A DNA stretch of 63,871 nucleotides, the filler included, from Octopus bimaculoides (Eukaryota): NCBI RefSeq assembly GCF_001194135.2. It is 7 parts of 5 records of this genome, joined end to end, with 100 filler letters (N's around TTAATTAATTAA, not from the genome) between each part and the next. Parts side by side here need not be neighbours in the genome. Positions count along the whole stretch, not along the records: positions 20,400 to 33,671 come from NC_069005.1; positions 33,772 to 45,964 come from NW_026346130.1; 5 more parts are not named here. One strand, 5' to 3'. Positions 25,176 to 37,240 of this stretch are shown in pieces; the first letter of the stretch is position 1; each line of letters starts with the position of its first letter. The position numbers were made by a program, and so were the translations under genes. The notes beneath the pieces are model-generated. The model was not told where the DNA came from. It saw only the letters and a list, made by a program, of their open reading frames with translations, and made no database searches.

Positions 25176-26582
25176 CCATCCACCTTAACAGCAGCTGCTA
25201 CTTTGTACCACCTGCACCAAGGTCACCGCTACGAACCAACCAGCCCCATGAGCAGGACCACCATATACCAATACCCAACATTTATCAACTCCTAATGCAT
25301 ACCAACCCCCAACGCTTACCAATCCCCAACGCTTGTTTTGTGCGTGTATACTTGCGCACGCACGCGTGCGAGTGCATATGTGTACGCGTATGCGTATATG
25401 CGCACACACTGGTATGCATGCGTACATGCATGCGATTTTACATACATATGAATGAATACGCATGCGTGTGAGTGTGTATGTGTGTCCGCGCGTGTATGCA
25501 AACGTGCGCGAGCGTGCCTATGTACAGATGCGCACACTCGCCTCAATATACACATGCATGCAAAACTATTTGAGCGCGTCTGCACACCCACATATACTTG
25601 CACATGTCGCACTTTCTACTTCTTCCCCAACATCCTGACCGACCTCTAGTCTCCTGTTCGCCATGCAGCATTTTCCAGTGACCGATAGAATAAGTACTAG
25701 GCTTACAAAGAATAAGTCCTGGGGTCGATTTGCTCGACTAAAGGCGGTGCTCCAGCATGGCCGAGTAGATATCATAACCCCGTACTCACAGTTTGCACAG
25801 GTAGAGTAGAATAGATAGTGGGCTGTTATGTAGATAGATGTATGTATGTATGTATGTGTGTGTGAGTGTATGTATATATATATGTATATGCGCATGTATG
25901 TAAGCATATAGATATGAAAGTAAGCATATCAACATACAGACGGATAGGTACATAGGTTATATGAACAGACAAGCACACATACGCACACAAACATAAATGA
26001 AGACTGAAACACATGACCATATGTACAAACAGCTTACTTCTCACAAGGACACATATAGAGACGCACGTCCACACATATGGAGATACACATCCATATATAC
26101 AAACACGGTACATAGTTGCAAAACACACACACATACAAAGACACATACGCACACACATATACAAACACACACACACACACACATACATAAAAAGCACATA
26201 AAACACAGACACGCAAACACATGAATATGCGAAATAAATACATACAAATGTACACACATACATACATAAATACATGCATACACACATGCATGCATACATA
26301 CATACATACATACATACAAACGTACATACATGCATACATGCATACATGTATATGCACACACACACACACACAAACACACTAACCCACACACATGCGCACA
26401 GACAAACAAAAAGGAATGCAGTGTGAATAACGAACAGAGTCAAAACTATTGAAAAAGTTGCAAGATGCAACGAAAATTTTAGAGAAATAAAGAAATAAGT
26501 GGAAATTTTACCGGTGAGTGTGTTAAATTATAAGGCACCAAAAGAGAATGACTCTCTCCAGACACATCTATATATATAAATT

Positions 26583-26678
26583 GTTCTCAACATGAAATAT
26601 AGTAGCATACCGAAAACGTGAGCGGGCAGTCTTGCCCGCTCACGTTTTTGGTATGCTGCTATATTTCATGTTGAGAAC
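26583..26678. repeat. Hairpin: 46-bp arms, 4-nt loop, two mismatches
   Basis: gttctcaac...gagcgggca-gtct-tgcccgctc...gttgagaac. Confidence 0.9.
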
Positions 26679-26746
26679 TTTTTAGGTCTTAATAGACACA
26701 AGATGTGATCTATTTCTAGCGCATTAATTGTCCACGTTAGTGGTCG

Positions 26747-26960
26747 ACGTTATTTTTTAAAATGTACCTTAATCCCCTGAGATTGCAGATAATATTTCTG
26801 AATCCCTTTGATTCTTTAAATGTGCTGGCCCCCTGATAATTAATCGATATTAATTAATATCGATTAATTATCAGGGGGCCAGCACATTTAAAGAATCAAA
26901 GGGATTCAGAAATATTATCTGCAATCTCAGGGGATTAAGGTACATTTTAAAAAATAACGT
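26747..26960. repeat. Perfect 214-bp spacer-less palindrome ending at a gap
   Basis: Two 107-bp arms with the axis between 26853 and 26854 (…CGATATTAA|TTAATATCG… region). Confidence 0.9.
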
Positions 26961-27454
26961 NNNNNNNNNNNNNNNNNNNNNNNNNNNNNNNNNNNNNNNN
27001 NNNNNNNNNNNNNNNNNNNNNNNNNNNNNNNNNNNNNNNNNNNNNNNNNNNNNNNNNNNNNNNNNNNNNNNNNNNNNNNNNNNNNNNNNNNNNNNNNNNN
27101 NNNNNNNNNNNNNNNNNNNNNNNNNNNNNNNNNNNNNNNNNNNNNNNNNNNNNNNNNNNNNNNNNNNNNNNNNNNNNNNNNNNNNNNNNNNNNNNNNNNN
27201 NNNNNNNNNNNNNNNNNNNNNNNNNNNNNNNNNNNNNNNNNNNNNNNNNNNNNNNNNNNNNNNNNNNNNNNNNNNNNNNNNNNNNNNNNNNNNNNNNNNN
27301 NNNNNNNNNNNNNNNNNNNNNNNNNNNNNNNNNNNNNNNNNNNNNNNNNNNNNTATATATATGGGAGAATTTACGAAAAAAACAACAACAGACGAGGACA
27401 GGTGGTGTAAACAACAAAAGGATGTATTAGTTTAACGCTCGGGAATACAGAAAG

Positions 27455-27491
27455 TCTTCAACGTTTCGAGCTACGCTCTTCAACAGAAAGA
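27455..27491 (-). ncRNA. Degenerate minimal hammerhead motif (core CTGTTGA; A6 changed to U)
   Basis: TCTTT-CTGTTGA-A-GAGC-gta-GCTC-GAAA-CGTT-GAAGA. All three stems are present with one core substitution. Lies 3' of a Penelope endonuclease remnant on the same strand. Confidence 0.5.
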
Positions 27492-27879
27492 ATACGTAGA
27501 AAACAAGGAGAAAAACACGGAGAAAAAAAATTGAATGGTGTTTGGTCAGCGATCAATCAGGGCATTACTACAGAATAACGGCACACACCAGACTTCCCAA
27601 ATAAATACATTTTAGTACCGAATGCGAGGAATCAAATATATGCAGTGAGAATACAATATATTGAATTTCTAATAAGTGCTCTTGGTAGGGATATGTCTCA
27701 ACCAACAACAACTCTCTGCTTGAGTGGTCCATGGTGTCCCGAAATGATTAACTAAAAGACTTTTCCAGTTAATCATGACCTGGGCCAATAATGGGCGAAA
27801 CTAATTCAAGTTACTTAAGTTATACATGTGTGTGTGTGTGGGTGTGTGTGTGGGTGTGTGTGTGTGTAAAATGTTTTGT

Positions 27880-28800
27880 TACACTTAGAATTATTCTATA
27901 AAACATCTTTAAACAAGGGAGATTAATTGAGAGCTTATGGTAATAAGTTTTTGTGTAAGCTTTTTTCGATATTTTCAATTTTTCAAACGTATGTGTTAGT
28001 CTGCAGGGAAGTAGTTGAGTTGCTTTTGGTAATACTTTCACCATTTCTGACTTAATTTCTACGTTTAAAATCCTTTTATTTGTGTTTTGCTTTTCGTTTT
28101 TGAACATTTTCTACTTCTTTTTGAAAACGAAGGGAATATTTTGAAGTTTTCATTTGCCCAAATGCCTTGATGTTCACTGCAATGAGTATTTTTAACTTAT
28201 AGATCTTAAACTTGTTGCTTATACTTCCTAACTTGGTCTATTAATTTTGACCGTGTTCGGCCATAGCATTGTAGACATGAGATGCAGTAAATAAAATTTG
28301 TTGTTTTGCAATTCATATGTGAATTAACCTTCAATTCCTCCCTGTTCTTGAATATTTTAGGCTGATCCTGTTCAGTCAATTGATACGTCCCACAACGAAG
28401 GTCTTCACATTGTGTTACCTCCTTAATTTCTTTTTCTGATGTGAATTTTAACTTTGTTGAAGAGTCTTTTAAGATTTGGTTGTTGTCTTTGGTTGTTTGT
28501 AATTTGTGATTTATCAGTTTTCTTAGATTTTATAATTGGTGTAGAGTTGAACGGTATCATTTGGCTGATATAAGATATGGTTCCTAGGATTGTGTATGAC
28601 TCCAAATGAAATATTTTTTTTTTGTGTTTCCCCCCTCATTGTGATGATTTCTCTTTAAGTCAGGAATTGTTTTACTAAGACTTTGGTATTTTTAGTTCTC
28701 TGTTTTGTCTACTTGAGTCTATAACTATTGAACGTATACGTCTTGCCACATTAAATGGCGTATTTCTTCGAATCTGGGATGGATTCAAAATAGAATGCAG
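27880..28800 (-). mobile_element. Degenerate Penelope-like element, C-terminal GIY-YIG region
   Basis: Minus-strand translation VTQCEDLRCGTY...NSHMNCKTTNFIYCISCLQCYGRT...THCSEH, with stops. Confidence 0.75.
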
Positions 28801-29239
28801 TCATCAAGGAATTAATTTTTTTCCAGTCTTCTTTAAAAAAAGAACTGGAAATAATGATCAGAATATTCCTTTTCTTTTTCGTGAGCTAGCGAGCTAACTA
28901 GCGAGCTAACTATCTGGCTGTATTGAGTTCTATAGGCCTCTGTATGTATATGTGGCAGTGTGTTTCTATCTCCTCATCCTGACATTGCGCGATAGTTGTA
29001 ATTAAGTGTCGCTGTGATTCAAGCAGCATCCCTTGTTTCCAATTTTCATGAAAACCTGTTTGGTTATGGGGAAATATTGCTTTCCTCTTGCCTATCCTTG
29101 GTGAGGATGGGTAATAGGAAAGTTTGCCTCTAACACATGCAAGCATGGAAAAGTAAACGTTAAAATAAAAATGAACATCCAGAAATTTGGAGAAGTATTT
29201 TTACGAGGAAAACGAAGAGATAGAGATAAAACAGATGAC

Positions 29240-30960
29240 AACTGAAAGTTCCTGCTTGGCAACCTACTGAAGACCCAATCTGTGACTAGTGCAGAGTTCC
29301 AGAAAGAGAATGATGCGGTGGTAGAAAAGTAAGGTAGACAGAGCCATAAAGTAAAGTTTGAAAAGAATCGAAGAATGAAGGTAGCAGAGAATTATAACGG
29401 GTAGCTAGAAGAGAAGCTAGGCGACAGGTTTATTTAAAGAGAGAATAAGCAATGTGAGAACTAGATCTATGAGGTGCTCCAGATTGCAGTGAAAATCTTG
29501 ACTTTGTAGGAGAGAAGTGTATTTGGATAGATAACGGTGCACTTGCACTTAATGATTCTGAAAAGAAAGAGGCATTGAAGTGCTACCATGAAAGGCCATC
29601 AAATATAGAGAATCCAGGGAGAGGTCAACTGAACGTGGATCCAACAGAGAGACCAGCCATTCTAGTTGATAACAGTATGACAGTTAAAGCAATTAAGGAC
29701 TGTTAGGAATTTCTACTGAGATACTTAAAATGTAGGTAGTGTAGCATAATCCTAGTTACCTGCATAACCAATCCGGTTGTACAGGGAGGTGTCATACTCA
29801 ATGACTAGCGTAGCAGTATTATAGCCAATTGTTACAAGGATAAAGGAGATACCTTATAGGGAGGAAATTACAGAGGTGTCAAATTGCTGAACTAGGTGAC
29901 ACTTACAGAAATGGTTTTAGCTCGACTAATTAGCGAATGGGTTAGAGTAGATGTGATGTAGCTTGGGTTTGTCTCATGGGAAAGTACGATAGATGCCCTC
30001 TTCCTAGTGAACTGCAGAATACCTTGGCTAAAACTAAGCAGCTGTACTTAGTATTGATAGATCTGGAGAAAGCTTTCAACAAGGTCCCTTGTTCTGTGAT
30101 ATGGTGGACACTGGGGAAGTTAGAAGTAGACGTATGGCTTATGAGAGCATACAGGTACAGAGGTGCTGTCAGAAGGGTAAATGTGAACGAGTATAACAAT
30201 GAATTGAATATGCTCACATGAGTGCATCAGTGCCCGGTTCTCAGTCCCCTTTAAAGTCATTCAGATTATATGTTTGTTTGATGGACCCTGTTAACTGTTG
30301 TATACTGATGACTCCATTCTTATAGCTGAGTCTGTAGTAGAATTGGGAAAGAAATTCCAGGTGTGGAAGCAAAACTTGGAATCAAAAGGACTTACTGTAA
30401 GTTTACCAAAAACCAAAATTGTTGTTAGCAAGACTCTCCATCAGGTAAATGGACTTGCTCGATATGTAGGAAATGTATAGTTAGAAATTCCATACGGTGC
30501 ACCCGATACAAACTGGTGACAAAAAGTGCAGTAGTATCAAAGGCTGAAAGAAAATTTTATACAAGGCTGATGTGCTTGAATAATAAATACTAAAAAGATA
30601 CGAGAAACAGATTTTCTCAAATGCCCAAGTGGTTCCTCGAAGATGTAGGTAGCTTTTGTTAACTATATGACCGAAATGACCGAATTAGAAGTGGAGGTGC
30701 TTTTACTTCAGAAAGTATAGTCGCTAGAATAAGAACAGGATGGAGGAAGTTCACGTCTGTTGGCAATAAGGTATCTCTCTTCGAGTATAAGGCAGATTGC
30801 ATGATGCTTGTGTATGACTAACAACGCTTGAGGGTAGTCAGGCATGAGTCCTGAATGTAGAGAACATGCAACGACGCTAGCATGTTGCACTGGATGTGCA
30901 CCACCATTGTGCAAGAATGACAAATTATAAATGTGCAAAGAGAAAAATTGGGCTATTGCT
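29240..30960 (+). mobile_element. Old degenerate RTE LINE
   Basis: LYLVLIDLEKAFNKVPCSVIWWTLGKL and LYTDDSILIAES...WKQNLESKGL, with many lesions. Confidence 0.8.
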
Positions 30961-32054
30961 TTCTATTCACATTTTACATTGATCACAACAACCTTCTATG
31001 TTACCAAACTATCTCTTCCTCTCACCTGAATCTCGAGTTCCCGTTGACTTGCACCTATCACCATACCTCAATCTGTCTCTCCCTCTCTCTACGGTCACTC
31101 TCCACAGAACTTTTCCCAGTTGATTTACCTACCTCTCATTCTCCTCACGCACTACATCCGTCTCTCCACTGTCACCCTTGCAATCTACTTACTCACATGC
31201 CATCTCTATTCCGCTCATCTTTCTCCTGTCCACTTTGTTATTACTATTCATCTGCTTTTTACTCTTTCTGTCCTGTCACTCAGTACCTACCTTCTTCGAC
31301 TTCTACAATATTCATATGCATCATTGATCACCACATCACATTCACACATTCACCACTCAAACCAACCCAATCTCTAGTCATCGTCTACTCTCTCTCTTAC
31401 ATTCCATCCATTTCATATTTATTATTGATCCCACCGCTTCAACCCTTGTTCACCATTTGGCATATTTGTATACCTACCCAATTTCTAACCGGCCTTTACT
31501 CTCTCCATACGCTCTTACAGCTTCTACATACCCACCTTCCTTGCCCTATTCTTAGGAATCACCCTAACTCTTCATCACCACCATCTTTGCTTCTTTTTCC
31601 AACTTCACACCGATTACCTCTACCGACTCTTGCATAATGAGAGCAGCAATATATCTCCTGTGCAGCAAGAAACCTGTTCCAGCTCCTTCCTTTATACTTT
31701 AATCTTGCATTATCTACCATAAAGCTGCCACCCTCTCTACTGTAGTCCCATTAAACCAAAGGAGATGTCTTGCGAGATACATGGCGACCTTACTGGTGCT
31801 GGTGCCATAAAACAAGCATCGACTACACTCTGTCAAGTTGTTGACACTAAGAAGGGCATTCAGCTGTAGAAACCGTACCAAAGTAGATACTGAAGCAGGT
31901 GCAGCAATTTAGAAATTGCCAATTTTCCAAATGATGCAATATCTTTTGTACCACAAGTTCGGATGGAATTGGAAGACTCTGACGGGAATGTTTCATCTGT
32001 ATCAGAATAAAAAGAAATTCTAAACCTTCGGACTCTGTAGCAGGTTCAAAACAT

Positions 32055-32108
32055 GATTGATGATGATCCCGGAAAATCAACGTTGATTTTCCGGGATCAT
32101 CATCAATC
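32055..32108. repeat. Perfect 54-bp spacer-less palindrome
   Basis: gattgatgatgatcccggaaaatcaac|gttgattttccgggatcatcatcaatc. Confidence 0.92.
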
Positions 32109-32168
32109 GTCTAAGAACTATTTTATACTAATACTGCTTCTGTTGCGTATAACAAACACACACACACG

Positions 32169-32227
<59 letters not shown>

Positions 32228-32399
32228 TAAAAACTAAAGAAAATACTTTGGGAACTTTTAACTTTATAAAAGAAAAAATATTTACAATTTTATCAAATCA
32301 TGCTACCGGTTTCAATGACTTTTATTCACATATATTTTTTTAATTGGCTTAGATTTAGATACAAATTACTGTTTTTAAAAAGCTCAGGGTTTTATGCAA

Positions 32400-32920
32400 T
32401 AATGTTCACTCTTACGTTAAACATACTGATTGCAGTTTCATTACAGTTCGTACATGTGCGGACAGTGTGACGGTCTTTGTTTGCTCAAGCTTTGCTGTAA
32501 TTCCTTGTGCTGTCAGTGGAAGACTCAACGACTTTTAAAATAATACAAGATAGAGAGTTTCTGTAATTTAAAGAACCATCCCAATCACACTGAGTCGGTT
32601 CGATGATTACGGTAAAATCATTAGTCCGTGGAATATTCAGTGAGCAACGCGAAAGTACAATGAATAAATGTTGCTGACCAAACAACTAGAATACTCAAGC
32701 GTGACAGTAGAGCGGATAGCCACTTCTTCACTAACATATCCTTTCTTATCACTAATTGCTTTTTTTAATATTTGTTATTAATATGTTAAATAGTATGTGT
32801 TTATCGTTATTGTTGAATTCATCTAACAATAAGAAAAAAAGTAACTTTGTATTTTTTTGCTTCGTGAAATTTTCTTTTCTTTTTTTATATATATAATCTC
32901 ACCTTTGTATTACAAAAAAA
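32400..32920 (-). mobile_element. Possible piggyBac-like remnant
   Basis: Weak motif traces only: CNTK near 32900 and a C-terminal RANKDRHTVRTCTNC. Heavily decayed. Confidence 0.25.
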
Positions 32921-32929
32921 GCTTGCTCC

Positions 32930-33670
32930 ATCTTAGCGAAGGCGGAGGTATTATTTTCAGTCGTGTTTGTTTGTCCGTAGACAAGATATCTCAAGAACCG
33001 TTGGATGGATTCGGAGAACACTTTCAGGGATGTTTGACCTCGTGAGTGGCACGAATTGATTAGATTTTGGGATCGATCCAGTATCGGACAAGGATTCTGG
33101 ATTATTTTTCGTGTTTTTTTTTTTTACTTAATTTTTGAGAGCAGTCGGGTTCATTTTTAGTATTCTCATTTGTGAGAATATTCTCATTTAAAAAACCATC
33201 TCTGGCTAATCGTTGAGAGGACGTTGGTGTTGCCTTATTATTATTATCACTATTCAATAGTCTTATTTTTATCACGTGCTTTCACGGCATTACCGAGCGC
33301 AGATCTGTGTGCTTTGGATATGTGCCGTGGTCTGTTTTGGTGTTGTTATTTTCATTGTATTGAAAGTGCTTTACGTAGGATGTGTGCGGTGCCTAGTAAT
33401 GCTATTTATTGTATGTTATATATATATATATATATATATTCGTAAAACTTGGTGTTTTGGTTATGGCTTTGTCTGTATGTTTTTTAATCATATCTAATGC
33501 ACGGAAACCACACGTCGAGCAAAAGGGCAAAAGCTCGATCTCGATTTTCAGTACGAATACGGACCGCTAAAGTGTGACCCATCGATCCTTTCCGATTATA
33601 GCGATTGTTTCTGCTTTTAGGCTCAACATTCGTGCTATGTCTCTTTCCAGATCTTTGCATTTTGAAATTG
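32930..33670 (+). mobile_element. Helentron-associated (HINE/DINE-1-like) non-autonomous element
   Basis: GCGAAGGCGGAGGTATT.TTTTC...GTTTGTTTGTCCGT...CAAGATATCTCAAGAACC...GGATGGATT core typical of this class, with an internal (TA)n. Confidence 0.45.
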
Positions 33671-33771
33671 TNNNNNNNNNNNNNNNNNNNNNNNNNNNNN
33701 NNNNNNNNNNNNNNNTTAATTAATTAANNNNNNNNNNNNNNNNNNNNNNNNNNNNNNNNNNNNNNNNNNNN

Positions 33772-33832
<61 letters not shown>

Positions 33833-34936
33833 ATACACACACACCAAACATTAGAGATATACATACACACACACCCAGCTGGTACATGCACACACTCCAA
33901 CTATCATGCACACACAGCAAGTAATATATGCACACACACTGACATATACACAGTGACACATTGAGTAGCGCATGCATGCATGCACACACAAAGACACACA
34001 CTGACAAACACACACACACACACACACACACAACAATAGCTTAATTATTAATATGCATAAACAAAACCACTAGACATAAATAAACAAGAAAATACAAAAA
34101 GCAACATGTCCCCCACCACCCACACGTATGTAGGAAGGGGAGCGTGTTAAGGCGAGGTTTTAGTGACTAAGCGATGTCCAGTTAGCGGACAATTAGTTGA
34201 CGACCAACAGCTGAGATACACTGACACCGTCGGAAGAAAGACGATCACCGTTAGTCAATGACCAAATCCGTCGCCTTATTAGTTTCAACAAAGATAAGTA
34301 CAGGTGAGAAAGCACCAACATCACCGAAACACCGACAAGAATCAAGAAAACAGGCTCCAAAACATACCTTTATTTACACACCTATTATTATTACTGAGTG
34401 AGAGAGCAATGCATGCCCTCAAAGTGACACTGGGGTATAAATATACAAAGCCCAGTATACCCATCATGACTACCCGTCTGATAAGGGTACACCAGGCACA
34501 TACATTACAACCATGTGCACGACATGGTGATCTTATATCAAGATAGACAGCGTATGACCTTGCAAGAGGGGCCCAGTTAGAATTTTCTTCAGGTCAAGTA
34601 GCCCATCCTGCTCAAAAGGTCACTGAATGAAGGTTGTTTAAAAATGATGAACGAAACACCCATGTTTCCAGAAATGAATTATTCAAACCCCAAAGAATTC
34701 CTCTCAACACATGGCTATGATGCTCCCCGACTACTTCTGCTCATGATCAGAGATGCACATATCGTCAGCCACCAAGGGACATGCTCAACTGGTTGTGGTC
34801 AAACAACTGACAAGCAAACCTGTGGTATTAAGCAGAATATTTGCTGTAGCCCATCTTTTAAGACAAAACACGTACATGATAACACTTCCAATCACTTAAA
34901 ACCAGAAGCCATGGTACTGCATCATCATTACCATTA

Positions 34937-34986
<50 letters not shown>

Positions 34987-35212
34987 TTTCTTTTAAGGTG
35001 GCAAGCTGACAGAATTGTTTGGCACGCTGGGCAGGATGCTTAGCAGCCATTTCGTCTGTCTTTATGTTCTGAGTTCAAATTCTGCTGAAGACGACTTTGC
35101 CCTTCATCCTTTTGGAGTTGATAAAAAAAATAAGTACCAGTTGAGCGCTGGGGGTTGACGTCATCGACTTACCCCCTCCCCCAAACCTGCAGGCCTTGTG
35201 CCAAAACTCGAA

Positions 35213-35252
<40 letters not shown>

Positions 35253-35330
35253 ATCATCATCATTGCGTTTGATAGTAGTTCCACCACCAAAGACACACCC
35301 TTAATTAATCACCCATTATTATTATTATCA

Positions 35331-35390
<60 letters not shown>

Positions 35391-35834
35391 CTACTACTAT
35401 TGCTACACTGTGTAACGTGATTTTTGTCCTTGGATAGCAACTGTTGTTTTCTATTTGCTGACCCCATAGAAAGTATGAAAAAATGGCTAATATTTCTTTC
35501 AAATTTTTTTTTGCTTTTGTTACGTTTATTCAAACCCTAAAAAAAATCCCTCTCAACCTCTGNNNNNNNNNNTGATAAGCAAGTCTGTGCTATTATTGAG
35601 CAGAATATTTGCTATAACGATATTTCTGCTTCAGCAACTCAAGCAGTGGATCTGTCTAAAGTGTAATGGAAAATAGGTCGGTTTCAAAAACCTTGACGTT
35701 CAGGTGATCAAAGCAAAGTTCGAAGGGAATAGCAGTCATTTCTTTTGATTTTTAGATTGAAGCAAATTGGAAATAACCCTTACTGATCAAAGATCCCCCC
35801 CCCCAAAAAAAAAATTTGTTACACAGCGTTGTTG

Positions 35835-35866
<32 letters not shown>

Positions 35867-35902
35867 TATTATCATGACTTACAATACCTCGACCACACTT
35901 AC

Positions 35903-35935
35903 CGTTTCTGGTGCTGCAGGGGTTAGAGGTGATGT
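35903..35935 (-). CDS. Candidate 33-nt micro-exon of the CLIP1-like gene (phase 0-0): TSPLTPAAPET
   Basis: Acceptor ctcttcaactgtttttgatccctttcag and perfect donor gtaagt. Frame-preserving after the 39071 exon. No homology evidence. Confidence 0.55.
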
Positions 35936-36908
35936 CTGAAAGGGATCAAAAACAGTTGAAGAGATTAAACGACCCCTCTTTATCTTCCTAAACGTTTGCT
36001 CTCTTTCCTGGTTCCAGTAATTAGCAAGTTCTTTGATGAGGAACAAGTGGAAAATTACCCAGAGGAGAGCACTGGTACCAGTAGTATGTAGGGAGCCCTT
36101 CAACAGTCACAATTTATTCTGGGTTTCTACACATGGTAAGACCCATTCCAAGGGACAGGTCAGTTTTTTTTTGTTCTTTTTTTTGTTTAGCAGGGATTGT
36201 GGAAGGGAGCCCTTATTTTTTTTTATACTTGAGTAAAAAAAAAAATCAGAGGTAGACATGGTTGAGTGGTTAAAGAGTTAGCCTCCCAACCACAAGGTTT
36301 CAGTTTCCATCCCACTGCGTGGTACTTTGACTCACAAGGCTTTGGTTGGCTCAAGACTATAAGAAAAGACAGTTGCCTATGGTATCACACAGTGGGACTG
36401 AACCCAAAGCCATACGGCTGAGAAGCAAGCTCCCTAACCATACAACTATGTCTCTTCTCCCGTCCTCTCTCTTGCTGGGTAACCATGGACTTCCTCTGTA
36501 GCAAGACATCTATTTCTGTCACACTCTAGCCATTCATCCCCTGACACAAGTTCCCCTCCTCAAATGCCCCTGCCCCTCTCAAAATTCCTTGTCTTGCAAA
36601 GTTGCTTGGTGACCCTGCCAGTGCTGGTGCCACATGAAAAAGCACCCACTACGCTCTGCAAAGCGGTTGGCATTTGGAAGGGCATCCAGCTGTGCACATC
36701 ATGCCAAAACTAACTAACTTTGTCTGTGCTGGTGCCATGTAAAAAGCACCGAGTCCACTCTGCGGAGTGGTGGTTGATGTTAGGAAGGGCATCCAGCTGT
36801 GAAGACCTAGCCAAAACAGATACAGTAGCCTGGGGTAGTCTCCCACCTGGCTGGCTCCTGTCAACCATCCTAGCCATGCATGCATGAAAGATGGATGTTG
36901 ATGATGAA

Positions 36909-37240
36909 GGCACATGGCTCAGTGGTTAGAACATTGGGTTCTCAATCACGAGGTTGTGAGTTCGATTCCCAGACAGGTCTGCGTGTTCTGTTCTTGAGCA
37001 AGACACTTTATTTCACGTTGCTCCAGTTTACTCAGCTGTAGAAATGAGCTGCTATCTCACTGGTGCAAAGCTGTATCGGCCCCTTTACCTTTCCCTTGGA
37101 TAACACTGGTGGCGTGGAGAGGGGGAGGCTGGTATGCATGGGCGACTGCTGGTCTTCCATAAACAACCTTGCCTGGACTTGTACCTTGGAGGGTAACTTT
37201 CTAGGTGCAATCCCATGGTCAGTCACGACCAAAGGGGGTC
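36909..37240 (+). mobile_element. tRNA-derived SINE with V-domain-like core; related copy at about 12080-12255(-)
   Basis: GGCTCAGTGGTTAG...GAGTTCGATTCC head followed by TTCTTGAGCAAGACACTT. Confidence 0.65.

Noticed and set aside
25826-26470. ORFs of CVCV/HTHT/ERER type here and at 12932-13414, 33720-34036 and 37859-38307
   Set aside because: Translations of microsatellites; no splice or homology support.
30960-31640. 234-aa plus-strand ORF 30933-31637
   Set aside because: Pyrimidine-rich low-complexity sequence, probably the antisense of a decayed LINE; no protein family recognised.
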